A DNA stretch of 64,000 bases, taken from contig NC_087261.1 of NCBI RefSeq assembly GCF_037042905.1, positions 23,808,001 to 23,872,000 on the forward strand, read 5' to 3'. The notes beneath the pieces are model-generated. The model was not told the DNA's origin and made no database searches. It saw only the letters and a program-made list of their open reading frames with translations. This document shows, piece by piece, positions 36,481 to 51,230 of the stretch (its first letter is position 1; each line of letters starts with the position of its first letter). Both the position numbers and the translations under genes were made by a program. This stretch comes from Lytechinus pictus. Lineage: Eukaryota.

Positions 36481-38276
36481 TTAGCTTATTGCTCATCGTT
36501 CGAGACAGTAAACGATTATTTTCTTTTTTAACTTTCGATAAAAAGTTACAACTTTTCGCACGAGTGGAATATGTTCTTAGGTCCTACATCAAATACATAG
36601 CGATATCACTAAGCACGAGAAAGGATCACCAGTCGTGCGTAAGGTCATTCGTACCTTACAAACAGCTTTATGAAACACCCACCGGACCGCATGTCCTCGT
36701 CACCACCATGAACATCTTTAATCCTGTTTTTCGAAACCTTTTATTACCACTGCCTGACACTTTAAGACAGTTCTTTCTGGTAAATAGTTTCTCTCTGGAG
36801 AGTGGCGTCTTGGGGGCTATGTTGGGTATAAAGTATGTATACATGCTGACATTTTCCGGTGCTACCCCGGTGGGATTCACACGTCAGGAACACCTAGTCT
36901 GCATGGTGGAATGGATCAGATAGCTGTTGACACGTGCATGATAGCACAGTAATGTTTCATTTAGTGATCTGTTCACACCTGATAGATTTCATTAGACACG
37001 TTAAACGAAATAAATGTGTAATGATGTTCCTACGGTATTCTTACTCTCATGCCTCAGTCACATTCCCTCATTGCGGCCTTACAGCCGTTTTACCAGCTAC
37101 GTATACATGAAGGTGGTTTGAATAAAAAAAAAGAATAACACGGCTGTTTTGGACTAGCCGTGAGGCCGCCGTAGGGGAAATGTCTCTGAGGTATCACTCC
37201 CGTGTTCACCCTCGCGCTCACAATTTGAACTGATTCGCCTGTGTCCTCTCCCCTACCCCCATCGGCTTTGCAACCCCCCCCCCCATGTTCATCATATACA
37301 ATAATAGTATAATACCCCCTCCAAAAATTATGATAACATGCCGTTTGTCGTGTCATTACTACATCAGTAAAGTAATATCAATGTCTATATTTTCTTCCTT
37401 TTTTTAAAGAGGGATTCAAGAAGGATTGCACGCAATTGTGTTAGAAGACAGTCCCTCACTAAATTGTTGTTAATATAAAGGCAATTCAGTCGATGTATGC
37501 CGATAGGTAACTCAATCTAGCTGTACATTCATGATTCAGTTATCAATACACAATAAACGGGGGGGGGGGGGGGGGTGAGTATGATACTTTCTAGTATTGG
37601 CTCAACATGAGCAATGGGTAAATTATTTACGCGGGATCGATATGTGCTGAAAGATTATTACAGCACTGGATAAAATGTATCATAGTGTGAGGTAAAATTT
37701 CATCCACAAACATGCATGCCCCTCTGCTTTTTGTGATTCTAAAATATTGCAAAGATAGTGAAGTTTGACAATAAATTCGACTTGTCTGAATAAAATAACT
37801 CAAACCTTTCTTACTTGAAACTCCAATTTCATGCACCAGCTCTCCATAATGTTATATGCACTGGTGGTCGCATGCATGCTTTGCTTGAGTCAGAGTGTTG
37901 TTGCTTCGATCATTTCTTACATATACCGAGTGCATTATTTCGAGTGATTGCTGATGTTGGCGCGATTGAATTAGATTATTTCATCTGTTGGAGACATGCG
38001 TTGTGAAATTAGATTGTACCTTCTCCTTCAAACCCAAACCCCTTACTATCATGTACTTACCATATTAACTTAGCCTTTAAATGGGCCTCGTTTTACTTAG
38101 TGTGCTCGGAATTCCTGTACCCCCCCCCCCCATCCAATATCATGTCACCCCCTATCAAAGAGAAGCCTCATAAACAAGTCGAAGTTATGAATGAAGTAAA
38201 ACCAGCCGAAAATGTATTACTGTCTAAGCGAAACGTTGATAACTTATTGATACAAATATTACATATGTAGTGGTTA

Positions 38277-38553
38277 GGCCTGGTCCTACTGGCCGACGGA
38301 CACAAAACGTATTCATAACGGATACAGCGGACAATTTTTCGGGGTGGCTCCATCCGTTTTTTTTTAAGCTCCAGAAAATTGACAAAATGGGCAAACAATG
38401 AAATCACAGTGGACGGAGGCTCGATGGGTGTAGAGCGTCAGAAACACTTATGCAAAGATTACACAACAGATACATAACGTTTTCCAACGGATGGCAAGAT
38501 TCTTTTTCCGTTTTACATCCTCTCTGCATCCGTAAGTGCAGTTGGACCGGGCC
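38277..38553. mobile_element. PIF/Harbinger-like MITE with TTA TSD
   Basis: TTA|GGCCTGGTCCTACTG ... CAGTTGGACCGGGCC|TTA, with internal ACGGA/TCCGT sub-repeats. Confidence 0.8.
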
Positions 38554-40201
38554 TTAAGCACATTCACTCTTATCGGCTAGAGCGGTCACACCAACAATAG
38601 AACTACCATCCATGCACCAACGAGACCCACCCAAAGTGACAAAAACTCTGCCGTTGGAAATCATGAAAAACCTTCTGCTTGACTTTTTACCTTTCTTGAT
38701 GTGACCGGCATTTACCGAATAAGCACGAAGCACAACCACGTGAAATGTAACCTCTCAGTTGATGGATTAAATGCTTTATATACGCTCATCATGCTTCTAA
38801 CACTATGGAGAAATTACAAAAGTATAATTCTTGAAATTGCAATAGTACATCCACCACGTCCACCTAATACTCCATGCCGACAATACTGAACACGCATGAA
38901 ACAGACCAAAATCCGGGATTCGATCCATGGCGTTGAAATGATGCCCTAGCATTTTCATTTATTGTGAACAGTGCTCTTGTGTTATAAACATGAACACGAA
39001 TAGGTGTGATTAAACGATATGTGCGGGTATTTTTCTTTCTTTTAGAAGCATATATAACATGTTTAACAATTCATTATATTGATAATGATGAAAAAGAGAA
39101 ACAGGAAAATGAACAGTTACTCATAGTTACCATTCGTTATGCATAACGATGTGAAAGATATCATTAGTATGTTTAAAACTACACAAAAACCACAGTCTCT
39201 TCTTTGGCGCTTGTAAGTAAAAGTCAATTAACCACGTTTGTCCGACGTAAATACATTATTTGGGCTCACCCTTAACCGCAACTAAATAACGTCGACAAGA
39301 ATACACTTTCGTGACCTTCGGTTGTGTGCTTCAATTATCGTTTTGTCGCTTTTGCCGTCTGCAGCAAGAAAGCTGGCAAGTGAAGAAAAAAAATGTCAAT
39401 GGGCTTTGAAGGTGGCACGAACCTCCATTTATGACCATGGTCATAAGCGGTCTTATTTGGGCAGAGGGAACTGTCACTCTCTTAATATTAAAAAAAAATC
39501 TATGTATTATTGCAAATTAAAGTCACCAGATATTTGCGTCCAAATGTATCAGTAGCGTTCAGGAATAGCATAGGATGTTATCATGATGGTGGCCAGTAAC
39601 GTTCACTGCCGATGTCGAAAACCCCGAAGCAACTATGACAGTAATTTTCTTTTCATGTTTATTTCAGTATATTTATTGCAGAAATGAAATATCACGTTAT
39701 ATACGGAATGAGATCTTCTCAGATAAATAACAGTGCTAAATCTCTGGTAATAAGCTACACATCTTTGATGCCGCCTTTCAAGGAGCAGCTTTTAAACAAA
39801 AGGAAACCGACACTCTTTATTGGAAATTTGGAATGATGTACAACCGTGCGGATTGACAAATGGGAGGTGTGGAATTAAGTCATGAACAACCGATACGTGG
39901 TTATTTTTCAATACCGCACTCACTTGAAAGTACAGAATGGGAAATGAAGATAGAGCTGCAGTTTCCTGCTGCCTGTTTTTTTATATCGTTGTTTTTATGT
40001 TGTTGGTACCGTGTCTGGAGCTGATGATGCCAGCAATAGTGAATGCAACAGAAGTAGGAACAATGATATAGCATTGTATGGAGACTGATAAGGAAACGAG
40101 GAAATGGTCTTTATATTAAACATCCGAATGGTATTGCTGTTGTACAATCTCTTCTCCTACTGCTAAGGCTGCTACTGCTGTTGTAGCATTGGGATAGATT
40201 A

Positions 40202-40238
<37 letters not shown>
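40202..40238 (+). repeat. (TAC)n microsatellite
   Basis: About 12 perfect TAC units. Confidence 0.95.
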
Positions 40239-40241
<3 letters not shown>

Positions 40242-40640
40242 GCTGCTCTTTTTTCTGCATATTCTACTAATGTATTCTACTACTACTATTCTCTTGCATT
40301 GCTATTTCATAACACCAATACTACTTGCGTCTTACACTTATTACGTCAGATTCCATCACCATCTTCGATGCCTCTACCATGAGCTTTTCCCGAAACATGG
40401 ACAACCAAATCACTTTCATTCCATTGAATTAATTTTAAAAAATGCTGAAATCCCTTTTGTCTTAACTCATGCACAGTAGGTAATTGCTTCACGCCATAAT
40501 ACTAACCATGCGATGTTAAAATGTGCATAGTCAGTGTTGCAGATACATCAACCAAACCGACACCCATAACACCAGACCGGTCAACGCTACGTCATTATTT
40601 TCAGGGGCATACAATTGGTCGGTTTGGAGTCCGCTTGGCA

Positions 40641-41133
40641 GGTGTGACAGTAAACTGCTGATTCGTCTAATACCAACTCGTCTACTGCCCACATGGTCTA
40701 CCTTCTTTAGTCTAATGTCATTCCGTCCATTCAGTTCGTCTATGACCATTTTGTCTCATAACCAGTTGGTCTAATATCCATTGTATTTTTTTTTTCGCCC
40801 AATTAACACTTTGTCCAATTATTTTTTTTTTCGTATAAATATCTTATTCAAAATCAAACACGACAGCAATTAAATTTACAGAAAATAATGAAGCTAACAT
40901 ATTTACAGTAATTGTACATGCGTACTATTATCTAATGATAAAACAAAATTATGATGTTTTTGACTGAGAACCTTTTCAATTGCCCAATTAGACTAAATGG
41001 CTATGGGACCAACTTGTTATTAGACGAAATTTGATTTGACGAAATGGCAATTGCACCATGTGGATAGTAAATGAACTTATGAAAGACCAAATGATAGTAG
41101 ACGATTTGGCAGTGGACCAACTGAAAATAAACC
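40641..41133. mobile_element. MITE with subterminal GTCTA/TAGAC inverted sub-repeats
   Basis: The left arm repeats TCGTCTA/TGGTCTA and the right arm repeats TAGACGA/AGACCAA. Ends in AAACC. Confidence 0.65.
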
Positions 41134-42650
41134 GGTGTGACTGCAACATAATGATGTCCATTATCGATGGAAACATCGAGCTAAGAACTTTGAATACCTT
41201 GGAGCCTGTGCCACATTGGGAACAAAATAAATCATCAACCATTAATATTGATCTGGTTTAAATACCAGGTGATCAAATGACATGTCCCCTAACGACGCTG
41301 CTCCATCATTTCGATGGCGATACGCTCACCTTTCCGAGGTGTGAAAACCGTTTCCAATTCTTCTTTGTCACAAGATATGGGTCGCACGTATCCATTTCGC
41401 CCTTCCCGCTCGACTGTCCAGTTTAAGAAATAATTCATGATTGTAAAAATAAGATACATAATGCGGCTTTATTATTCTCTTTTATTATTGAAAAGCTTTT
41501 AAAGCTTGAGTGTAAACGTTGGTTGCCATTTACTTGGAATAGAGCTGCTTCATTTTCTCTTCTTTTATTTTTTTATGAAAAGTGGCTATTTTTACTTCTG
41601 TTAATGAGGCTGCACTTCGCGACGTACACTTTTACCTCCCCCTTTCAACTTTTCTGAAAGGCAAAAAAAAAAAGCATGTTAGGAGCTTCGGGAGTTTTTT
41701 CTTTTTTCCAAGTGACTAGGAATGAATTGAAATATCCACACTAATTGATATTCAGATAACCGTTATAATAACGACTGTGCAAGCTTAGATCACATTTTGT
41801 TCAATATGTCCCTTATTTTAAATACGGTTCTTTCAATGTGTCATTTCTTTACCTAAATGTCGGTGGATCAAACAACCTCAATATACTGTGTGTTACTTTT
41901 CGCATGCAAGCGTGATTATTGCAGTTCGCTTCAACAACTGTTAAACGAGTAAAATAAAAACAATAAAACAATCTTTTAAATGTATATTTTTCTAAAAATG
42001 ATGATACTGCCACTGTTACTATGGTTGTTTTTAAACGAAATATCGTTTGGTGGGGTTTATCATCGTTATTAAGTCACATTTGCAGAAAAAAAATAAACCA
42101 TGAAGGAAGAAACAAGAATAATTCATCAATTCTTAACAACACGTTAGGTATGAGCTAGCGAGAATGGCATCGGTATCTGTCTCGTGTTCGGATATTATCT
42201 ATCATGTCCATTGGCAATGCCAATCTTCATTACTTTTCTCTGAATATCGTGTTCAGAATAAGAATATTCATGTTAGTATTGTTAGAGTACAAGTAAAACT
42301 ATGCACTTTGATCCCAATCGCATAGCCCCGTCCGAAGAGTGAGAGAGAGAGAGAGAGGGGGAAGGAGGGGGTGGGGTGAAACATTTTTGTCAGTTGGGAA
42401 GTAGTTATCCCATAATTGATATAAATGTTATGGATGAGACAATAAAATCCTCTGACCTATCGTAGTAATTTTAAATTGATTGAAAGAGTGAAAATAAAGA
42501 CGTAAAATCGCATCCCGAAAATTGATAACAAAGAGAATTGCACACACATGCATAAATATTTCCTTGTATTAACACATAAAATAACATTCGGCAAAGCGTA
42601 TGGGTAAATTAAGGTTCTAGTGAATGTTAGTATATATATATATATATATA

Positions 42651-44465
42651 CAAAAAAAAGTAAGTCCCCCCTAAATCAAAATGCTGTAACTTTTGAACGG
42701 AATAATTTTTAGATGTTATATTTCGTAGGTGGGTTTCTACATTTATTACGCAACTTATTTACAAATAATTAGATTGATCGGTAAAGACATGCATGAAAAA
42801 TCCAAGATTGAATTAAAAATGACAATTTTTGAAAGCCACGAGAGTCGTTTTTTATTGTTTAAATACAAAGATGGGCGAAGGTTGATTTTGGGTGAATTTT
42901 ATGGTACTGTTTTATTATCTATCATTTAGCCACTCCACATAAAACTGTGATAACGTATGCTCATGGTTGAGCGTGAACAATTTTTTTTGTGACGTATCAT
43001 CATAGGGATTTAAGGTGGTATCCTCGATAACTTAAAAACAAACATGTTAAAATTGGAAAATGTTCGTGGCTACCCTCCCCCTATTTCTGCCCCCTCCCCA
43101 TTTTCAAATTCTGGATCCACCACTTATTAGTCCATAAATTCAACTGATCCTTAGAAATTGTTAATGCGTTATTTTAAGTGTGCTCGCTCAACCATGAAAT
43201 TGTAAAAAAAAATCGGAAGTGTGATATGATGAAAATTATGGATGTTAAAAACAACATTTATTAAGTCACATTTGAAGCTGAATTTGTCCCCATTATTCAC
43301 CTTGTAACCCCTCACAATGAGTCTGTGACATTGAAAATGCCATTTCCCCCTTGGAAGCGTGCTCATTCATCCATAATTGAACAAATCAATTAAATTTTTG
43401 CACAGAATTCAGCACATAGGTTGCTCAACATTATTGCCAAATGACATTGCTAAAGACAATTTTGAAAAAAAAAAGTTCCAACACTGTGAATAAGGGGTTA
43501 CTTATTCTTCAACACATGCACCCATAGTGTACACAATGTCTATGGGAGAGGAAATCAATTTTTTTAGAAAAGTGAAATGAGGGTTTGTTTCATGGATAGT
43601 TTTTGTTACTTCTGGCAACAGTTTTTTTAAATGAAACTTCGCACATGGCTTCAGAGTTACATGTACACTATCCAAAAGGTGCGCACACCAAAACAATCAT
43701 TCGATTCGGCACAGAGTGGGGACAAGACCTTGAGCTTTTTAATTATTTGAATAATTTTCGAATATTATGTGTTCATTGAAGCATTAGACATCGGGATTTC
43801 CATAAAAATCAAATCAAATGAACTATGCAAGAAGGTTTGTGACAGATGTACATCGTTAACAATTGCATTTTTTTCCAATAACGTAAAACAAGAGCTATTC
43901 ACATTCCACGTGTTCATTCAATAATGAATGTATAATTAAACTTCTTTTAATCATTGAAGCATTTTAATTGGTCATGAAGATAACGAAAAAAAGTTTATAA
44001 GATAATTTCAGTTCCCGAAATTAAAAGCAAAATCTTGCCTACGATATTTGAAAATCGTATTTTTTGCTTACATTAAATGTTCATTGAACCGTTAAAAAAT
44101 GATGAATATTGATGAAGATACTTCTTCCTCAACATGAGTATCATGATATTCGATTATTTGTATTACATAAATCTGTAAAAATCCAATTATATCATATTTT
44201 GACTTGTGTTTATTCAACCATAAAATAAATAAAAACAAGTTGTATCGTCTTTTAGAAAGGAGCTTTTACAAGCCTTCTAACGATTTTTCATGATGAGAAT
44301 GAGGAATCGTTTCAACAAAGTGGAATCAAAAGCACGATATTTAGCTCGTGGCTTTTAAAAAGTGATAATTTTGCCTTCTAGTGGTGCTCAGTGAAGCAGG
44401 ACATGAAATAAGTCCGTAACATTCATTCAGAGGGTAGCTTGTAAAATTACATTCAAGACTTTTGT
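42651..44465. mobile_element. Probable old non-autonomous DNA element between two (TA)n tracts
   Basis: Inverted match between AAAATGACAATTTTTGAAAGCCACGAG (~42816) and CTCGTGGCTTTTAAAAAGTGATAATTTT (~44345). Bounded by TA microsatellites. Confidence 0.4.
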
Positions 44466-46365
44466 GTGTATATATGTATATATATAGATATATATATATA
44501 TATATATATTGCGAGATTTGAAATTAACACGCCCCTATCTTCTCGGTTTTACTTTCCCTTTTCAGAGCAGTCGTTTACTGTTCTATGTTTTTTTTTCTCA
44601 GCTTGTAAGGTTTAAGGCTTGAGACAAATACATTTATGCCATCCCCTTTAGGTAAATATATTTTAATTAGTTTAATACTTTACATTGCCAGTTGTGAGGT
44701 CTTAACTCCCATTTCAGTTCAGCCATCATCTTGCTTAAAAGGCTACAGTCATGATGAAACCACAAAAAAGCCAGTGTATACGAACCGATATCCTAAAAGC
44801 TATGCGTGATTCCTTTGCCCCACATCTAATGTATCATGGGTAATTCATCATATTCTTCATCAATTGATAATGCAAAAACGTCACCCAAAACTGACAATAA
44901 ACTTCTGCGGGTTAATAATACATTAAGATGTCAGACGTGCGCCTGCTAAGAATATACGAAGAGAACAGAATCAGGAGAGAGAGCCGTGGTGTGAAAGATC
45001 AGAACAGGAATAAAAGTAGGTAATAGTTTAAAGAGGAATGTCCTCGAAAGAATCCAATTTTGCTCCCGTGCAATATCATATTTTTTATTCATATCTGTTT
45101 TGTTAAAACAGTAAATACACACACACACACAGAAATATATATATATTTATATATATATATATACACATATATGTATATGTTTATACATACATATTTGTGT
45201 GTGGGGGGGGGGTTGTGGGTGTGTAAACTGAATTTTGCTACGGTCAACATGGTCAACGGATGGTGTTGTTCGAAGTGTGTTGTAATAATTCTCTTTTTGA
45301 CAATATGTCGCAAATGGCAGCATTTCCTTGTATTTGTTGCTCTTGCAAATACAGAGGGTATAAAACTGAGCGAATAAATTGGTTTATTTTGGGTAAGGAT
45401 CCGGTACAATTTACATAAGTCATGCATGGCCCTGGGAAACGGTTGTACTGGGGGTGCTGCGTGTGTCATCCACCATAGACAAGCAACCCCAGAAAATCGG
45501 ATAGATACATGTATGCCATATATATATATATTTTTTTTTTACTGAATCTAAAACAGTTTCATTTTGTAGTGAAAACCTTGTTTCTTTTATTTGTATTGTT
45601 TTTGCTTTAATTTCTTCTCAAAACCAGCACTCCCTATAAAAAAGGAAAAAAAATATTCCCACGGCCTTAATTTATGACTAAAGCTGTAACTAACTGTCTT
45701 AAGTACAATAATGAAGCATTTACGTTCATCTGCTTCTAAAATTTATTGGAAGCTGTAAACTTCATATATGATTACGCCTAATGTTACTCCTAATGTCTAT
45801 AATAAATAAGCCATATGGTTCACCTTTTTCCCAATCATGATAATTCAAAACATTCATTCATAAATACATGATCATCGGCAGTCTCATTGCTTATCATAAG
45901 GTACGGATGTGCAACTCGTGATGTCATAACTTTTTTAAAATCATTATTAAGTCCTTGGTCGTAACATCTAAACAATTACATTCTCCTGCATTATAATTTT
46001 ATGAAGCTATGAATGACAGCACGAAAATATCATGTTTGTTTCATACGGGCGTGCCGAAAACGTACGTACCACGCGGTGCAAAGTTCATAAATTACCCGCT
46101 GTTTTGACTATTGAATTTTCGGTTTGTGTAAATAGTGGGCATTGAAAAGACTCACGCCATATTATATTTAGTTAACTCCGCCGGATTTATTAAACGTTGT
46201 TTAGGTAGCGGTATGACCTAGAACTCGAGAATGAGACCAGATAAAACTTCCTATTGCGTAAATAAAAAATGGGCTTCACAGAAACAGCGACGGTGGCACA
46301 ACGAAGGCGCCACTTACAACCAGGATAGTCAGCTTGCCGTGCTTATAGACTTAGTGTAAGACGAC

Positions 46366-47370
46366 GTTGCGTGATTGAGCAATATCATTTTTCTAACGAT
46401 TAGGAGGGGAAAGATTAAGAATACATGACGCCTCACTCCCTGCTAATAAAATACGACAAAGAAAATTGACAAGAGCCATCATTGACTGAAATTCTCGGGA
46501 ACCTTTAATTTATATATATATAAAACCTTGTGAGAAATGTTTACCGGCTAATTTGCTCTCGGTCATTTGTATGCAGGGATTAGGAGTACCTGATAAAATA
46601 TATCGGAAAAAATCATTGACGAAATACTGAAAATAATCATTCACCTTGAGAAAATTTCATCAGCCTTTTCTCTCCGACAGATTTTCGGATCTGACAAATT
46701 ACCTTCATGATTTTTTTTTCTGCCTGATGGGGGCTCCGTGGTCTAGTGGTTACGACTCTCTTCTTTCAATCGAAGGGACGTGGGTTCGAATCCCAGCCTT
46801 GAAGTGTTTTTCTTCAGAAAGAATTTAATCTGCCCATATTGTACTGCACTCAACCCAAATGGGGCGAATTTGCATCCTGCTGGATTAATGCATTGGATGC
46901 ACTGAGCGCTGGAAGGCAACTCTAGCTAAAGCCGGAGTAATAATTATAATGATAATAATAATGATAATGATAATAATAATAATGCGCTTTGGAATATATT
47001 ATTTCTAGATAGATGGCGCTATATGAATGCCTATTATCATTGTTATTATGAAAATTGCAGTTCATAGTGTAACTTTTCGATAACAAATACACTATCTCAT
47101 AAAACGTCCAAAATAAATTTAATCACTCACTTAGACAATGAAAAACGGAAACTTGATATACGTTTAAAGGTATTATGTCGATTTCACTTTTTTTTTCTAA
47201 TTCAACTCCTAACTACAAATCGATTGCGGTAAAGTTCTTCGCCTTATGAAGGCAAATTATTATAAATCAAAGATACCAAGTGATATTTTTTTTATTGTAA
47301 ATGTTGTAAATTCGTCAGCAAATCACTGATAGATTTGATAATGTGGCCAGTAGCTTGTCGAGGAACAAAC
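46366..47370 (+). repeat. 1-kb direct duplication, copy 1
   Basis: Nearly identical to 47622-48634, from GTTGCGTGATTGAGC to GAGGAACAAAC. Confidence 0.95.
46729..47049 (+). mobile_element. tRNA-derived SINE, copy 1
   Basis: A box TGGTCTAGTGG, B box GGTTCGAATCC, core TGCACTCAACCCA, L2-like tail GCGCTTTGG...GCGCTATATGAATGC and a (TTA)-type end. Confidence 0.85.
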
Positions 47371-47621
47371 ATTTTGAACTAAAACTTGCAGCTTTTGAAA
47401 TAGTGGCTTTATCATACTGTATTTCCCATGAAAGCTACGCTAATGGCAAATGCACACATTCATGCAAACATAAAACCGCGAGTTCGTCTTCTGCGCCATC
47501 TACGATGGGATAGGGGTTGTGATTCGCAAGTTTTCGCAATTTGCATCGGGGACGGATTCTATAACATAGCAAATCTATTAAACATGCCCGTCAAATCATT
47601 ATAAATAGTTTGGAGGTCTTT

Positions 47622-47759
47622 GTTGCGTGATTGAGCAATATCATTTTTCTAACTATAAGGAAGGGAAAGATTAAGAATACATGACGCCTCACTCCCTGCT
47701 AATAAAATACGACAAAGAAAATTGACAAGAGCCCTCATTGACTGAAATTATCGGGAACA

Positions 47760-47794
<35 letters not shown>

Positions 47795-48634
47795 TTGTGA
47801 GAAATGTTTACAGGCTAATTTGCTCTCGGTCATTTGTATGCAGGGATTAGGAGTACCTGATAAAATATGTCGGAAAAAATCATTAACGAAATACTGAAAA
47901 TAATCATTCACCTTGAGAAAATTTCGTCAGCCTTTTCTCTCCGACAGATTTTCGGATCTGACAAAGTACCTTCATGATTTTTTTCTTCCTGATGGGGGCT
48001 CCGTGGTCTAGTGGTTACGACTCTCTTCTTTCAATCGAAGGGACGTGGGTTCGAATCCCAGCCTTGAAGTGTTTTTCTTCAGAAAGAATTTAATCTGCCC
48101 ATATTGTACTGCACTCAACCCAAATGGGGCGAATTTGCATCCTGCTGGATTAATGCATTGGATACACTGAGCGCTGGAAGGCAACTCTAGCTAAAGCCGG
48201 AGTAATAATTATAATGATAATAATAATGATAATGATAATAATAATAATGCGCTTTGGAATATATTATTTCTAGATAGATGGCGCTATATGAATGCCTATT
48301 ATCATTGTTATTATGAAAATTGCAGTTCATAGTGTAACTTTTCGATAACAAATACACTATCTCATAAAACGTCCAAAATAAATTTAATCACTCACTTAGA
48401 CAATGAAAAACGGAAACTTGATATACGTTTAAAGGTATTATGTCGATTTCACTTTTTTTTCTAATTCAACTCCTAACTACAAATCGATTGCGGTAAAGTT
48501 CTTCGCCTTATGAAGGCAAATTATTATAAATCAAAGATACCAAGTGATATTTTTTGTATTGTAAATGTTGTAAATTCGTCAGCAAATCACTGATAGATTT
48601 GATAATGTGGCCAGTAGCTTGTCGAGGAACAAAC
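47622..48634 (+). repeat. 1-kb direct duplication, copy 2
   Basis: Matches copy 1 except for scattered substitutions and (TA)n length. Confidence 0.95.
47994..48314 (+). mobile_element. tRNA-derived SINE, copy 2 (duplicated passively)
   Basis: Same sequence and flanks as 46729-47049. Confidence 0.85.
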
Positions 48635-49978
48635 TCCTCGAATTTCATCTGTTCTAAACAAAAATATATGTAGTTAGTTTTTCTTTGTTGTGCCATATAT
48701 ACCTAGCCGGGTAACGTCGAACACAATTCGATATCTGCCGATACATACTCACGAAGAGGAAGTTAAATAGAGTTAATCATACACATACAATGTTGGTGAA
48801 GTTGGGCGTTGGTGCAGAATAATCATTTCCATGCATTTTGTATGGTGACGGTCTCAGCCGTAAACAACCTTTCTGTTTGACACAACACACACGCACATAA
48901 TCTAGCCATTTAGACTCAGTGGTCTAGATGGCGTCGCGAGTATTGTATTAATTGTAAATCATTTATGAAACACTCTCTGTAGAATTATAGTGGTGTGAGC
49001 AACTTCGATCGACTTTCAATAATACAAGGCTGCTTAAAGACTGAACAGACACCGTGCCTAATACGATGAACGAACGTCTTGTCTTTGGTGGGGCTGGTGG
49101 GGCGTACACAATTATTTTGTTGGGTTTGTCATTGGTGTAACTGTTAACTCATCACTAAAAAGATAGGGATTACTCAACAAATGTTTACATTTCCCACTAA
49201 ATGTGACCTAAACAGACACCCTCATTTTACAAAAGTCCCAAACAGAAATACATGATAGTTATTAAAAAAAAAAAGAAGAAAAGTACAAATCCTTTACTCC
49301 CGCCAAAATGCATGTTCATGTAGTTACATTCAGGTTAAATTAATACTTCTGTTGCGCCTTAATCAGTTTAGTAAGACTATTTATCAAAGTTAACGTTTGT
49401 CTGCATGCAACGTGGGTGTGTTTTAAAGATAACAATATGTCCTCAAAACTGATCATGAATATTGTAAGAAAAAAAAAACCGTTATATTGTTTTGGTTTTA
49501 ACAGGGAACGCTTGATGTCTGTTTTAATACTGTTGGTGGTCCCTCGTCGTATTCTGGACGTATTATTGCAAAAGATTGTCATAACGTCGTATTTGTGCGC
49601 CATTATTATGTTGCTTTAGGCATACCATGATTACTTAACAATGTATTTGATAAAAAGTCAGATTTGAGATATTTTGATATCTCTCTATCTGTTTGAACTC
49701 CAACCCCTCCCCATCTCTTCTCTCTTCTCTCTCTCTCTCTCTTTCTCTCTCTCTCACCCTCTCTATCTCTTTCTCTACTTTTATTTCTGTCCTTTGGCGT
49801 ACCTTTCATATTTTTCTTTTATCTTAACAAAACCTTTCGTATTGTACCTTTGTGCCTACCACAGGCCAATGGTCAATGTTTTTCTTCGTTTCTGCGTGAT
49901 GCTTTCAGTTCAGGTTGAAGAACACAGTTATTAAATATTTGTAATACTTTTGTTCTTCTTTGATGTTAATTCATACAG

Positions 49979-50065
49979 GATATGTGGACACGTGGACCAG
50001 TACATCTGCAATATGGAACAGCATGGATCAGATGAATGACACCTTTCCTCAAGAAATAACGCAAG
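49979..50065 (+). CDS. Two-TM protein gene, coding exon 2 (GYVDTWTSTSAIWNSMDQMNDTFPQEITQ)
   Basis: Acceptor ...TTCATACAG| and donor AAG|GTAGGG. 87 nt, phase 1-1, open. Contains an N-D-T sequon. Confidence 0.78.
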
Positions 50066-50552
50066 GTAGGGATTTTAATAATATACATCATTATCAACGT
50101 CGAAAGGTACACACAAGTGCTGTTAAGATGACAACGTGTAGTACATTTTGGAGACCCACCCCCGCCTCTTTTTATATTACAGGCATAATTATTGTATTTC
50201 ATTGATATCATTATTACCATCATCAATGTTAATATTACATTTTCATTATGATTAACGTTGATACTATTACCATGATTATTATCATTGTTGCATCGTAAAC
50301 ATCGTGATCATTATTATCATCATCATTTCCATCATTATCATGATCATTTTTATTATTTGTTTGGCGTCACCTGTGCCTGGGAGGCGGAAAGCGAACTGAA
50401 TCACCATGACCTGCAGGTCTCTCCTCCCAATATAACTAATCCAATGAGTGCAGGTTGGCCTCTACACTAGGGTTTCCCCCTACTCTTACACGAATGATAA
50501 TATATGAATAGCACCACAATTCTGATAATTATTTTCTCAACCTTTTCCACAG

Positions 50553-50643
50553 ATCCTCCTGAGAACCCAATGTATGCAGGTGGCATAGCCGTGCTCGTCG
50601 CCTTTGTGCTTTTCATGTACTGGGGATCACTAAACGAAAAGGA
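50553..50643 (+). CDS. Two-TM protein gene, coding exon 3 (DPPENPMYAGGIAVLVAFVLFMYWGSLNEK)
   Basis: Acceptor CCTTTTCCACAG| and donor GA|GTAAGT. 91 nt, phase 1-2. Encodes TM2. Confidence 0.82.
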
Positions 50644-51230
50644 GTAAGTCTCAGGGGTTTGCATAATACTGTCGATATATCACGATTCGAAAACAAATAA
50701 TATGACCATGAATATAACGATACTTTTAAGATATGACCATAATATCGATTAAAACTTTTCGGAATTATTGTATTTTAGTAAATGTCTTCATAATGATAAA
50801 TTGTCTTGCGCAGACTTACCCAACAGGCCTACCACGGTGTCCAGTAGTAAACCGAGGCAAAAAGTTGCGATTGAAATCATTTGGATTCGTGATTTAATCT
50901 GACGGTATCGAAGCGAAGAAGTCAGATTGTTCCTCGACGTGTCGCTCAATGACTCTTTAAAAATAGACACTCTTCATATATTTAGTAAATATCTCCCCCT
51001 TCTTTTTTCGGGGGGGGGGGGGTGGCAGTATGATTGAAACACTGCTTCTTGTTGAGTCATAAAGATTGATTATCCACTCGGGATTTGGTCTCGTTTTCGT
51101 TGTCACTTTCGAAAGTGGGAACATTTTTTTGTTTTGGGGGGAGGCGTTATACTATATATTTTTTCATATTTATTTATTAGTTCAAAAGTCCTGGTGTCGA
51201 CACTTGAGCTTCCGGCAAAACATTAGATCA

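Noticed and set aside
36459-36923. 154-aa ORF
   Set aside because: It spans a LINE-tail boundary and a MITE remnant, with no recognisable domain or compatible splice sites.
39937-40071. Signal-peptide-like mini ORF (MGNEDRAAVSCCLFFYIVVFMLLVPC...) as an alternative first exon
   Set aside because: The plausible GT donors (GTACCG, GTAGGA) are phase 0 and weak, which is incompatible with the phase-1 exon at 49979. T-rich sequence explains the hydrophobicity.
46729-46800. tRNA gene (also 47994-48065)
   Set aside because: It has A and B boxes but no clean acceptor stem, and it continues into a SINE body and tail. It is a tRNA-derived SINE head.
46366-48634. TRIM/LTR retrotransposon interpretation of the 1-kb repeats
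   Set aside because: No TG...CA termini, flanking TSD, PBS or polypurine tract was seen.
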